Assembly: GCA_937951635.1 (NCBI GenBank)
Contig: CALFBO010000023.1
Location: 1 to 39,702, forward strand
DNA: 39,702 nucleotides
Reading direction: 5' to 3'
Origin: Candidatus Saccharimonadia bacterium
GTDB taxonomy: Bacteria; Patescibacteriota; Saccharimonadia; Saccharimonadales; CALFBO01
The stretch's first letter is position 1. Each line of letters starts with the position of its first letter. Below, piece by piece: positions 18,076 to 26,796 of this stretch. Both the position numbers and the translations under genes were made by a program. The notes under the pieces are model-generated. The model did not search any database. It saw only the letters and a list, made by a program, of their open reading frames with translations, and had not been told where the DNA came from.

Positions 18076-18576
18076 ATGCGTGTAAAAACACTAATTCTAG
18101 ACAACGTGCGATCCGCTCATAATGTCGGTTCAATCATTCGAACTGCCTCTGGCCTAGGTGTAACCAGCATAATTAGTGTTGGAATCACCCCCCACCTCGA
18201 AATAGCTGCAGACGCTCGGCTGCCACACATTATCGCTAGGTCGGTCAGGCAAATAAAGAAGACTTCTCTTGGAGCCGAGAAAGATCTTAAATTTGGTCAC
18301 GTTAATAATTTTTTAGAAGCTGTGCAAATTGCCAAGAATAATAATCTAGTCATCGTGGCCATAGAAACAGGCAAAAATTCTGCACCAATACAGAACTTTG
18401 CACCCCTATTAAACGATCTTGCGATTGTAGTTGGAAATGAACGCGAAGGAATATCCGAAAAAAATCTATCCCTTTGCGACAGCCAGTTGAGCATACCTAT
18501 GCATGGGTCCAAAAACTCATTCAATGTTTCTGTGTCTGCCGCGATTGCGATATACGCACTCAATGAGTATCCTTGA
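18076..18576 (+). CDS. SpoU/TrmH-family RNA 2'-O-methyltransferase
   Basis: The ORF opens at a TTG at 17989, but MRVKTLILDNVRSAHNVGSIIRTASG begins at ATG 18076. The upstream 29 codons cross the repeat motif. SPOUT motifs present: NVGSIIRTA, VVGNEREGIS, IPMHGSKNSFNVSVSAAIAIY. Confidence 0.88.
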   Translation: MRVKTLILDNVRSAHNVGSIIRTASGLGVTSIISVGITPHLEIAADARLPHIIARSVRQIKKTSLGAEKDLKFGHVNNFLEAVQIAKNNNLVIVAIETGKNSAPIQNFAPLLNDLAIVVGNEREGISEKNLSLCDSQLSIPMHGSKNSFNVSVSAAIAIYALNEYP

Positions 18577-18927
18577 GCGAGATTTCACTCGTCTCTAATA
18601 GATTTTCTGGTGCAACAGTCCAGGCCGATATCTCACTAGTTATACCTGCCATGATGTTGATAAATTATTGCAAACAGAAAAATAGATGCCTGACCAACCG
18701 TTGTTTTAGAGATACTAGTCGAGGTTATGAAGGCCCCATTAAAGCAAGTGTCCTATAGCATCATGAATACATAAAAATCTACCGACACCAGCCAAACGTG
18801 TGGACTACAAGCATAAGTCCTTAGTCTCAAAAGTTTTCCACACAAATAAAGTTGTAGGTCTTTCAAGAAAGTTATATATTATTGGCACAGACAAAGGGTG
18901 GGAATAAGTAAAATTCAGGAGGGTAAC

Positions 18928-20946
18928 ATGCAAAACGTGCATAAAGCACGGTCAACGAAAACTAGCGCCAATAGATTTATCGCATTTCTATTAGCCACAA
19001 CTATGTTTTCTAATCTATCACTATTTGCGTTTGCGTCGGGAAGTGTACGTGCAGAAAGCCAATCACAAGGCTACGAGTACACCACACAAGACTACGCAGA
19101 CAACGATGAAGAGATGGAATTGACCTACACAAACAAAGATGAAGAAATGAGTCCTACATCGGCAGAAGAAACTGAAGCAGAGATGCATTATGGCAAAGCT
19201 CTAACGGCCGAAGAATCACAATATAATGGTGAAGATGAGCAAATCCTAAAGCAACTCACCGAAGTAGAGGTTAAGCCCGAGTCAGAATCTACGACAAATG
19301 AGATCGACGATCTTAACGACGATGACACGAACGTAGCAGAATCCGAAGACGAAGGACTTGAACAATCTACAAAATCAAACAATAACCCAGAAGAGACCGA
19401 CGCCGAAGAGTCGACATTGTCTGCCGACAGCGATGAGGAGCAGACAGACAAAGACGAAGACTACAGCAGCGAAGACGACATGCAATTCGCCAACAATTCC
19501 GAAATGATGGTGCCGCATACTGTTGCTAGCCTACTGAAAACTAACCCAAACACCCAAGCTATCTCTGCAGTCATAGACTACTTGGTCACTAATGGCTGCG
19601 TGCCTATTGCAGCTTTAATGGCTAGTATGGACTCTGTTGGTGGCGTGACCTTCTTTGCTCCGTCTAACTCAGCAATCATGAGTCTTGCCGGCGACGACGC
19701 AACAGCATCTATGAGCGAATTGCTTGCAATGCTGGGTAAACCAGACGAACTTTGCCAACTTGTTTCTACTCATCTTCATGTTGGCACAGCACTAACTGCA
19801 GAAGATTTTCAGGCCGAAGTCACACTAATAAGCAATCAGAGCAACGACGACGGCCTCAACATTGCCCTCGTTAACGAAGTTGCAATGGTAGACCAAGCAG
19901 CAGTAACTATTGCCAACCTAGAAGCCAAGAACGGCTATGTCCACGTAATTGACACCCTGCTCTTGCCAGTTGGGCCAGCTACTATCGATGCAGTGGTTAC
20001 CGATTCAACTTCACCATCGATAAGTGGAACAATCTCTGTTGAAAACCCAGAAAAGTATGTCCACACTGAAGACCAAGAAACTACAGGCGAAGATAGTGCA
20101 GACACAAACAATGAAGTTGTGGTAACAAAACACCTACCAGGTTTCTGCGTAGAAGTTAGAATAGACGGATCTTCATACGATGCAAATGTCAGCGGTTTAG
20201 ACTGGTCTATAGATGAAGGTGTGGTGGAGCTGGATCCTCTTAAGTCGGAGACCCTATTTACTGTCGTAGTAAGAAAAGCTCATGAGCTCATGCAAGCACA
20301 ACAAATGAATGTTGAGTCTGCTGCAGATGCGCACACAACCGAAGTTACCATGTTGCCAGAAGAAGCATGCGCCCCTATGAGTAATTCCGATGCCAACGGC
20401 GACCTGCCTGAAACTGAAACAGACGACGAAGCTGGGCTACCACAACTAAACGAATTAGTTGGAATTACTATGCAAAAAAACGTACTTAGTTTTGCAGAAT
20501 CTACCGACCCAGAAACTACAAAACCTGAGGTACTAGGCACTACCGACGAGACAGAAGATGATCAGACCGACGACAACAATCAGTCAGAAGTTGACGAGTC
20601 TGTTGTCGCAGCTGGATCTGCTGGTAAGGGTGGTTTCGCGCCAGTGCAAGTAGCTCAGACCGACCCTACTCTAGTCGATAGCGATGGAGATGGAGTTGTA
20701 GATAGCGTAGACACTGAGCCGAATAATCCAAATGTCACTGGCATCGAAGATACGGATGGCGATGGAGTAATTGATAGTGAAGATCCAGAACCAAATAATC
20801 CCGATGTCACTGGCCAGGAAAGTGACGAGGATGACGATGCTGAAGTCGAAACCGAAACTTCAAATCTACTCTGGTGGTTTGTTGGTGGCGGTGCGGCAAT
20901 AACGCTATGGTACTTACTTTGGCAACGCGGCGGTTTTGAAGAGTAG
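18928..20946 (+). CDS. Secreted/anchored acidic surface protein with a FAS1 (fasciclin) domain, two thrombospondin type-3-like Ca-binding repeats and a C-terminal TM
   Basis: ATG 18928 is preceded by AGGAGGG (18917-18923); the track start, GTG 18898, is less likely. It has a signal peptide (FIAFLLATTMFSNLSLFAFASGSVRA), long D/E-rich tracts and FAS1 signatures (VTFFAPSNSAIMSL, NGYVHVIDTLLLP). It also has DSDGDGVVDSVDTEPNNPNVTG and DTDGDGVIDSEDPEPNNPDVTG, and ends in a TM (LLWWFVGGGAAITLWYLLW). Confidence 0.8.
   Translation: MQNVHKARSTKTSANRFIAFLLATTMFSNLSLFAFASGSVRAESQSQGYEYTTQDYADNDEEMELTYTNKDEEMSPTSAEETEAEMHYGKALTAEESQYNGEDEQILKQLTEVEVKPESESTTNEIDDLNDDDTNVAESEDEGLEQSTKSNNNPEETDAEESTLSADSDEEQTDKDEDYSSEDDMQFANNSEMMVPHTVASLLKTNPNTQAISAVIDYLVTNGCVPIAALMASMDSVGGVTFFAPSNSAIMSLAGDDATASMSELLAMLGKPDELCQLVSTHLHVGTALTAEDFQAEVTLISNQSNDDGLNIALVNEVAMVDQAAVTIANLEAKNGYVHVIDTLLLPVGPATIDAVVTDSTSPSISGTISVENPEKYVHTEDQETTGEDSADTNNEVVVTKHLPGFCVEVRIDGSSYDANVSGLDWSIDEGVVELDPLKSETLFTVVVRKAHELMQAQQMNVESAADAHTTEVTMLPEEACAPMSNSDANGDLPETETDDEAGLPQLNELVGITMQKNVLSFAESTDPETTKPEVLGTTDETEDDQTDDNNQSEVDESVVAAGSAGKGGFAPVQVAQTDPTLVDSDGDGVVDSVDTEPNNPNVTGIEDTDGDGVIDSEDPEPNNPDVTGQESDEDDDAEVETETSNLLWWFVGGGAAITLWYLLWQRGGFEE
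20677..20814 (+). repeat. In-frame tandem duplication (66 nt + 69 nt units) encoding the two TSP3-like repeats
   Basis: 20677-20742 and 20746-20814 align at both DNA and protein level (D-DGDG-V/I-DS-D-EPNNP-VTG). Confidence 0.8.
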
Positions 20947-20985
20947 CCAAAACAACTGCTAGAAGCAGGTAAGACGCCAAGATCA

Positions 20986-21014
20986 AACACAGCCCCAAAT
21001 TTTGGGGCTGTGTT
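20986..21014. terminator. Perfect 29-nt palindrome downstream of the FAS1 gene (probable bidirectional terminator hairpin)
   Basis: AACACAGCCCCAAATTTTGGGGCTGTGTT lies 40 nt after the stop. The stem is GC-rich, and its T-run is internal to the palindrome rather than trailing. Confidence 0.5.
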
Positions 21015-21028
21015 GCTATGTGGCTGCT

Positions 21029-21168
21029 CAAAACAAAACCAACCCAGTCATATAAGCCTTAAGGCTAGGCACACCTAACTCGCCTAAGGAGCAGCATAGA
21101 TAAGCTATATGCACCCACCCTTAAGGCTTATCTGTTCAGGTTTAGTTTCGTGATTGGGGTCTAAAAAT
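21029..21168. repeat. Second, diverged copy of the palindromic element, in reverse orientation to 15934-16044, with a ~37-nt internal insertion and a decayed left arm
   Basis: CCCAGTCATATAAGCCTTAAGGCTAGGCACACCTAACT aligns to the reverse complement of 15990-16023. CCCTTAAGGCTTATCTGTTCAGGTTTAGTTTCGTGATTGGGGTC aligns to the reverse complement of 15938-15980. By eye the blocks are ~80-88% identical. An internal 13-bp stem pairs ATAAGCCTTAAGG with CCTTAAGGCTTAT. Confidence 0.65.
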
Positions 21169-21225
21169 AACGTTCTCTGCCTAGACCACCCACACTTTTT
21201 GAAGTACAGGATCAAGACAAACCTC

Positions 21226-21293
21226 CGTCATTCCTGCGAAGGTAGGAATCTAGTCAAAAATACTATCGAACTCCTGCCTTCGCAGAAATGACG
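21226..21293. repeat. Inverted pair of REP-like units (TTCCTGC-GAAG-GTAGGAA and TCCTGC-CTTC-GCAGAAA) forming a 21-bp stem with a 24-nt loop
   Basis: GTCATTCCTGCGAAGGTAGGA (21227-21247) pairs with TCCTGCCTTCGCAGAAATGAC (21272-21292) at 20 of 21 positions, including one G-U. Each unit is itself a small hairpin. Confidence 0.65.
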
Positions 21294-21408
21294 ACTACAA
21301 GGGGTTTAACTGCGAGGGTGAGTCAGGTTTTCTACTGCAATGAACCTACATATGCGCCTTAGTCAAACAAGGCAATTTCTGTCTGGCCAGAAGCTTGGCT
21401 TTAAAAAA

Positions 21409-21436
21409 GCTAGTTTTGTATTGGAGTGGCTATATC
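21409..21436 (+). repeat. Copy of the dispersed motif, pointing towards the CAP-domain gene
   Basis: GCTAGTTTTGTATTGGAGTGGCTATATC, preceded by an A-tract (TTTAAAAAA). Confidence 0.5.
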
Positions 21437-21450
21437 TGAAAGTTATGTCG

Positions 21451-21459
21451 TGTTATAAT
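21451..21459 (+). promoter_or_regulatory. Candidate extended -10 promoter (TGTTATAAT) for the CAP-domain gene
   Basis: TGnTATAAT lies 28 nt upstream of ATG 21488. Confidence 0.45.
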
Positions 21460-21487
21460 TAGCAGTAAGTAAGACAAAAAATCAAAC

Positions 21488-22531
21488 ATGCCAAAAAACA
21501 TCGCATCTAAAACCAAATTAATCACGTTTTTACAGTCGCACGGACTAGCCCTACTACTTCTTTGTGTTGTTGGATTTCAAACATACCAAAACCAGCAAAC
21601 CAAAGCCAATGATTCTGTGCTTGGCTATGCCACCAACATTAGCATCAATGACCTACTAGCAATAACCAATCAAAACCGGGCAGGAAGCGGACTGAGCGCA
21701 CTCGCTATTAGTCCAAAGCTTAATACTGCTGCTCAAAACAAAGCTCAACACATGATAGATAATGATTATTGGGCGCACTACGCTCCCGACGGCACTAGTC
21801 CTTGGTTCTTCATTAATCAAACGGGTTACGCATATCAAAAGGCAGGAGAAAACCTTGCCTATGGCTTCTCGACCAGCTCGGGAGTCATGAACGGCTGGAT
21901 GAATAGCCCCGGTCATGCTGCAAATGTCCTCGATGCTGCTTACAGAGAAGTTGGCTTTGGCTTTAGGGATGGTGCCAACTTCCAGGGCGGAGAAAATACA
22001 GTTGTTGTTGCTATGTACGCGTTGCCCGCCGGCTATCAAGAGCCGACTCCAGAACCAGAGCCAGAGCCGGTAGCCCCCGCCCCCGATCCGCCAGCTCCGC
22101 AAACAACTGCCCCGAGTCAACCAAACCCTAGCCCGCCAGCAGCCCAAAACCCCTATCCATATGTACCAACTGCAGAGGAGCCGGTAGAGCCTGCACCGGC
22201 GATTGAAGAAGTAACCCCGTCAGACTCACAAGAAGCTGAAGATAACGAATACAAAGCGCCCAACCCACCTAAACTGGCAGCCCCTACTGAATCCAAAACA
22301 ATTACCAACCTAGACATACTCGTCAGTGGTGATGCGCCCTTTAGTATGTACTTATCTTTAGGTGCGCTACTTACACTAACTACAATTTATGCAGCAAGAC
22401 ACGCAAAAGCCATCTATCAGGTAGTGAAGCATGGTGAACACTACATTCATGGTCACCCGTTGCTAGAAGCTAGTATTGTTTATGCAGCGCTATGGCTGTT
22501 GCTAGTAGGAACATATGGAGTAATACAATGA
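21488..22531 (+). CDS. CAP/SCP (PR-1-like) domain protein with an N-terminal anchor, a Pro-rich linker and a C-terminal membrane segment
   Basis: 347 aa with CAP signatures (YWAHYAPDGTSPW, GENLAYGF, WMNSPGHAANVL). The linker is a PEPEPEPVAPAPDPPAPQ-type Pro-rich stretch. It has two C-terminal hydrophobic helices. Confidence 0.8.
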   Translation: MPKNIASKTKLITFLQSHGLALLLLCVVGFQTYQNQQTKANDSVLGYATNISINDLLAITNQNRAGSGLSALAISPKLNTAAQNKAQHMIDNDYWAHYAPDGTSPWFFINQTGYAYQKAGENLAYGFSTSSGVMNGWMNSPGHAANVLDAAYREVGFGFRDGANFQGGENTVVVAMYALPAGYQEPTPEPEPEPVAPAPDPPAPQTTAPSQPNPSPPAAQNPYPYVPTAEEPVEPAPAIEEVTPSDSQEAEDNEYKAPNPPKLAAPTESKTITNLDILVSGDAPFSMYLSLGALLTLTTIYAARHAKAIYQVVKHGEHYIHGHPLLEASIVYAALWLLLVGTYGVIQ

Positions 22532-22806
22532 CCAAGAACAACAAAAAGAAGGCAACAAGAAAAAAACACCCCCAAGATCACCTATTCCCAATACTGAGCA
22601 CCATGTTTGTAGCAGGGCTGCTGGCATTGATGGCAAGCGCCCGTATACAGTACTCTAGACCTGTAATAATCGCTGCCTGCATAAGCTACGTCGTTGCAAA
22701 CTCGCACTACGGCTATCGTCAAGGAACTTTTACCCTAACAAGGTTTTTAGAGTTTTGCTTAAGCGCACTGCTTGTTGCATATGTTGCACTGACCTTCATC
22801 CAATAA
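22528..22806 (+). CDS. Small basic-headed membrane protein (~92 aa), translationally coupled to the CAP gene
   Basis: ATG 22528 overlaps the CAP stop (ATGA) and GGAG lies 8 nt upstream. The product is MTKNNKKKATRKKHP followed by 2-3 hydrophobic helices. Confidence 0.55.
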   Translation: MTKNNKKKATRKKHPQDHLFPILSTMFVAGLLALMASARIQYSRPVIIAACISYVVANSHYGYRQGTFTLTRFLEFCLSALLVAYVALTFIQ

Positions 22807-22836
22807 GCACCGCCGCATTGGTGTAGCCTCATACTA

Positions 22837-25800
22837 CTAAGACAGTACGACCCCTTCGGCCCCCACCAAATTGCCAAGCTTTAGTTTAAGCTCGTTTTCT
22901 GCGCTAACACGACAAGGCAAACGAATTGCAGAAGTTTTGTCGCGCAAAACTACAACCACCTCGGTGTTGCCCGGGTGCAAGTCCAGCGTTTGCTTAATAC
23001 TAATGAGCAATCTGTCTTGTTCGGGGTCTTTTACGTGAATAAACAGTCTCGGCTGTTTAGGGTCGATATCTTTAGCCTCAACAGTCGCTGCTGGAGGAGT
23101 GAATTTGGATTTTTCTATTGTTTTGGAACTAGCGGGTGGCGGCACTACGGCAGATTTGCGATACTTCTTTTTTAAGGAAGCAAAGTCATCCTGGGGAACT
23201 TCGTCTGCCTTGTCGACCAGCACCTTGATTTCTTCGGTACTCCTGCCATCACGATCTTTGGTGTTAACTTTTCCTTTGACCACAATCACCTGATCCTGAA
23301 CCCACACGTTACGATTGTCTTCGTATACACCCGGAAATACAATCAACTCTAGCTGCCCAGTCTTGTCTTCTAGGCCCACGAAAGCCATTTTTTGACCCTT
23401 CTTGGTGGTTATTTCCCTGAGTGTTGATATTACCCCGCCAATCACCACGGACTTATCTTGATATCTTTTGGTTATATCACCAATTGGCTGGGTGCATTCT
23501 GTCAAAAACTCGTCGTACCCATCCAGTGGATGTTTTGATAAATACAGTCCTAGTAGCTCGCGCTCCCACTGCAATACTTCCTTTTCGGTGAGCTTTGTTG
23601 GTGGCTCGTCAAGGCTAAGATCTATCTTTATGCTTGGTAAAGCAGACTCCATAACTTCGGCAAACAAGTTTGTTTGACCACTCAGAGCCTCCTTTTGGGC
23701 TTTGGCGCCGTAGGCGACGATCTTGTCCATGTTAAACAAAAGTTTGTTTCGCCCACCAAATGCATCGAATGCACCAGCCTTAATCAAACTCTCCCATGAC
23801 TTTTTATTAACCACCCTGGTGCTCACCCTAGTTACAAAGTCCTCTACCGACTTATAGGGGCCATCCTTCTCTCTGACTCTAACAATTTCGTCTGCCGCGG
23901 CCGTACCAACATTTTTTATAGCCTGCATTCCAAATCGTATTTGCCCAGTTTCTTTAACTACGCCAAACTCAACAAACGACTCATTTACATCGGGAGCCAG
24001 CACGTCAATCCCCATGTGCTGGCATTCGGAAATTTCAATGGCTAGCCTGTCTGTATCATTATAGTCGCTGGTCATTACCGCAGCCATGAATGCAGCAGGA
24101 TAATGAGCCTTAAGATAGGCAGTCCAATAGGATATCATGCCGTAGCAGGCCGAATGAGACTTGTTAAAGGCATAGTCTGCGAAACCTTCGATATCGCGCC
24201 AAATTTGCTCCATGAGCCCCGCATTAGCGCCAGAATGCTCAACACCACCCTCGACAAATTCTACTTTGAGTTTATCCATAAGCTTTGTGATTTTTTTACC
24301 AATAGCCTTTCGAAGTGTATCGGCCTGACCACCGGTAAAACCGCACATATCTTTGGCAATCTGCATGACTTGCTCCTGATAGACCATAACTCCATAAGTA
24401 TTGGCAAGTGCGTCCTTCATTTTTGGATGGTCGTAAGTCACCTCTTCCTTGCCAAGCTTACGGTTTATGTACTTATCGGTGAGACCTGCGCCGAGTGGGC
24501 CGGGTCTGTACAGGGCGCCCATGGCGATCACGTCATCAAAAACATCGGGCTTCAGCGACTTAAGGTATCGCTTCATTCCGCCCGACTCAAACTGAAACAC
24601 ACCTGTGGTTTCGCCTCGGCCAAGTAGATCGTACGTCGGTTTGTCATCCATGGGCAATTTTGTGATATCCAGATCCTCACCGTACACCCTCTTTATAATC
24701 CGCAAACTGTTATTTACAATCGTAAGGTTGCTAAGACCCAAGAAGTCCATTTTAAGCAGCCCTAGTTCTTCTACGGGGTTCATAGCGTACTGAGTGGCAA
24801 CCGACCCCTTTTGCGACATTTCTAGCGGGGTGTATTTAACAATATCGTCGGGGGCTATAACAACACCGGCCGCATGCACACCATGAGAACGAATCGTACC
24901 TTCCAGTTTTACCGCCAACTCAAATACTCTTGCAGATTGCGGGTTGGATTCGTTCTCTTCGCGCAGCTCTGGGTTATCTTTTAGCGACTTTTCGAGCGGT
25001 ATGTGCCTGCCCTGAACTGGCGGCGGCACCATTTTTGCCAATCTATCTGCTTCGGCGTACGGAACCTCCAAAACTCTTGACACATCTCTAATAGCGTTAC
25101 GAGCAGCCATCTTTCCAAAAGTAACGATGGCCGCCACCCTATCTTGACCGTACTTATCGACACAATACTGGATTACTTCGTCGCGCCTGCTGTCCTGAAT
25201 GTCAATATCGATATCCGGCATAGATATACGGTCGGGGTTCAAAAAACGCTCAAAAAGAAGGTCAAATTCAAGCGGATCAAGATCGGTGATTTTCAAAGAA
25301 TAGGCGACTATAGATCCTGCCGCGCTGCCCCTACCTGGTCCAAACACAATCCCTCGGTCTTTACCCCAAATAATAAAGTCTTGGACTATCAAGAAATAAC
25401 CCTCAAAACCCATACTGCCTATAATATCTAATTCTTCTTTTGCCCTAGCGATAACCTCGGCAGACAGCAACTCCTTGCAGGCCTCGGTGCTCAACTTTTT
25501 TATAGCCTCTGAATCTTCATCTGTGTACCTCGCACACAATCCCTGGTACACCAATAGGTGTAAGTAAGATTTTTCGGTAAATGTTTCGTTTGGCAATGGG
25601 AAATTCGGAATCAATATCCCGCCCAAATCAATTTCTATGTTACAGCGGTCGGCGATTTTTTTGGTGTTTGTTATTGCTTCTGGATACTCCTCACTCCAAC
25701 GTTCAACAATATCTTTTGGGTCGGCCAAATACAGATCGGTGTCTTTCAAGCTCATACGGTTTTGCTCACTCAAGTATGAACCGGTTTGCACACAAAGTAA

Positions 25801-26481
25801 CACCTCGTGTGCTTCTTGGTCTTCGTGCTTTAGGTAATGGGCATCACTAGTTAAGGCCAGTTCAATCGATAGCTTTTTAGCAAGTTTGGCTAGCTTTTTA
25901 TTAACTTTGGCCTGTTCATCCCACTGGTAGCCGTGGTCCTGTAGTTCAAAATAATAGCGGTCACCAAAAACCGACTTATACCATTTGGCCACTTCTTCGG
26001 CCTTGTCATCTTGATCATAACGTAAGTTTTCACCAACCTCGCCTCCAATACAACCAGATAACACTATCAAACCTTCGTTGTACTTTTCTAATAGGTCGTG
26101 GTCGATCCTGGGTTTATGATAAAAACCTTCTAGGTTGGCAATGGTGCTGAGTCGCATCAAGTTTTCATAACCTACATTATTCATTGCCAGAAGTATCAAG
26201 TGGAATCTGGATCTGTCCTTCAACGGGTCTCTGTCGGTATGCTTGCGGGTGGCAACATATGCCTCCATGCCGATAATTGGATTGATGTCGGCAGCTTTGG
26301 CAGCCTTATAAAACTCAATTGCACCAGACATTGTGCCATGATCGGTAATCGCAATCGCCTCCATGCCCAGTTCCTTGGTGCGATCAACCATCTTTGGAAT
26401 TTTTTGCAGACCATCGAGCACACTGTGGTGAGTGTGGTTGTGAAGATGCACAAAATCACTTGCTTTTATAGCATTAGACAT
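22837..26481 (-). CDS. dnaE: DNA polymerase III alpha subunit
   Basis: 1214 aa with a PHP domain (FVHLHNHTHHSVLDG), the polymerase core (GPGRGSAAGS, ISMPDIDID), an HhH segment and an OB fold, plus a C-terminal extension. Confidence 0.95.
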   Translation of the reverse strand: MSNAIKASDFVHLHNHTHHSVLDGLQKIPKMVDRTKELGMEAIAITDHGTMSGAIEFYKAAKAADINPIIGMEAYVATRKHTDRDPLKDRSRFHLILLAMNNVGYENLMRLSTIANLEGFYHKPRIDHDLLEKYNEGLIVLSGCIGGEVGENLRYDQDDKAEEVAKWYKSVFGDRYYFELQDHGYQWDEQAKVNKKLAKLAKKLSIELALTSDAHYLKHEDQEAHEVLLCVQTGSYLSEQNRMSLKDTDLYLADPKDIVERWSEEYPEAITNTKKIADRCNIEIDLGGILIPNFPLPNETFTEKSYLHLLVYQGLCARYTDEDSEAIKKLSTEACKELLSAEVIARAKEELDIIGSMGFEGYFLIVQDFIIWGKDRGIVFGPGRGSAAGSIVAYSLKITDLDPLEFDLLFERFLNPDRISMPDIDIDIQDSRRDEVIQYCVDKYGQDRVAAIVTFGKMAARNAIRDVSRVLEVPYAEADRLAKMVPPPVQGRHIPLEKSLKDNPELREENESNPQSARVFELAVKLEGTIRSHGVHAAGVVIAPDDIVKYTPLEMSQKGSVATQYAMNPVEELGLLKMDFLGLSNLTIVNNSLRIIKRVYGEDLDITKLPMDDKPTYDLLGRGETTGVFQFESGGMKRYLKSLKPDVFDDVIAMGALYRPGPLGAGLTDKYINRKLGKEEVTYDHPKMKDALANTYGVMVYQEQVMQIAKDMCGFTGGQADTLRKAIGKKITKLMDKLKVEFVEGGVEHSGANAGLMEQIWRDIEGFADYAFNKSHSACYGMISYWTAYLKAHYPAAFMAAVMTSDYNDTDRLAIEISECQHMGIDVLAPDVNESFVEFGVVKETGQIRFGMQAIKNVGTAAADEIVRVREKDGPYKSVEDFVTRVSTRVVNKKSWESLIKAGAFDAFGGRNKLLFNMDKIVAYGAKAQKEALSGQTNLFAEVMESALPSIKIDLSLDEPPTKLTEKEVLQWERELLGLYLSKHPLDGYDEFLTECTQPIGDITKRYQDKSVVIGGVISTLREITTKKGQKMAFVGLEDKTGQLELIVFPGVYEDNRNVWVQDQVIVVKGKVNTKDRDGRSTEEIKVLVDKADEVPQDDFASLKKKYRKSAVVPPPASSKTIEKSKFTPPAATVEAKDIDPKQPRLFIHVKDPEQDRLLISIKQTLDLHPGNTEVVVVLRDKTSAIRLPCRVSAENELKLKLGNLVGAEGVVLS

Positions 26482-26522
26482 GCCTAAAAATACCCTCGCT
26501 TAAAAACTATTGCCCAAAAACT

Positions 26523-26783
26523 TTACTCTATTGACTGTCTTATCATATCAGCTAATTCGCCAATAAATGGCACTTCGCTGAATAATGTTAAAATCCACAA
26601 CAGGCAAGCCAGAACAAGTGTTCCACCCAACACAGATCCTAGCCCAAAAAAGATCCCGCGCATAAAGTTTATCTTATAAACTCGGTGGTGGTTTATGTAA
26701 CCGCCCTCAAATATAGACTCTAGCGTACGCCCCAGTTTTTCGTACTCTTTCGTGGATAACTTACTGTTTTTTGTTTGCGTCAA
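26523..26783 (-). CDS. Small membrane protein (DUF5665-like, assigned from memory of that family)
   Basis: 86 aa with YINHHRVYKINFMRGIFFGLGSVLGGTLVLACLLWIL. It lies 41 nt upstream of dnaE on the same strand. Confidence 0.55.
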   Translation of the reverse strand: MTQTKNSKLSTKEYEKLGRTLESIFEGGYINHHRVYKINFMRGIFFGLGSVLGGTLVLACLLWILTLFSEVPFIGELADMIRQSIE

Positions 26784-26796
26784 GACTTAAGAGCCC

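Noticed and set aside
18573-18758. 61-aa + strand ORF after the methyltransferase gene
   Set aside because: It has a non-ATG start overlapping the upstream stop, no recognisable family, no SD and an odd composition. I treat it as intergenic sequence, though a small protein cannot be excluded.
19100-19500. Repetitive-looking acidic region of the FAS1 gene as a possible CRISPR or other non-coding repeat array
   Set aside because: It is continuous in-frame D/E/T/S-rich coding sequence with no constant-length direct repeats or spacers. No CRISPR-like array exists anywhere in the window.
21029-21168. Possible small SRP (4.5S) RNA, because of AAGGAGCAGC resembling the GGAAGCAGCC domain IV motif
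   Set aside because: The matching segment lies in the ~37-nt insertion that the homologous copy at 15934-16044 lacks. The 5' partner motif (GGUCAGGUCC plus a GNRA loop) is absent. Two copies in opposite orientation fit a repeat better than an essential single-copy RNA.
22492-22527. Upstream start at 22492 for the small membrane protein
   Set aside because: It would overlap the CAP gene by 40 nt. ATG 22528 gives a classic ATGA coupling with GGAG 8 nt upstream.
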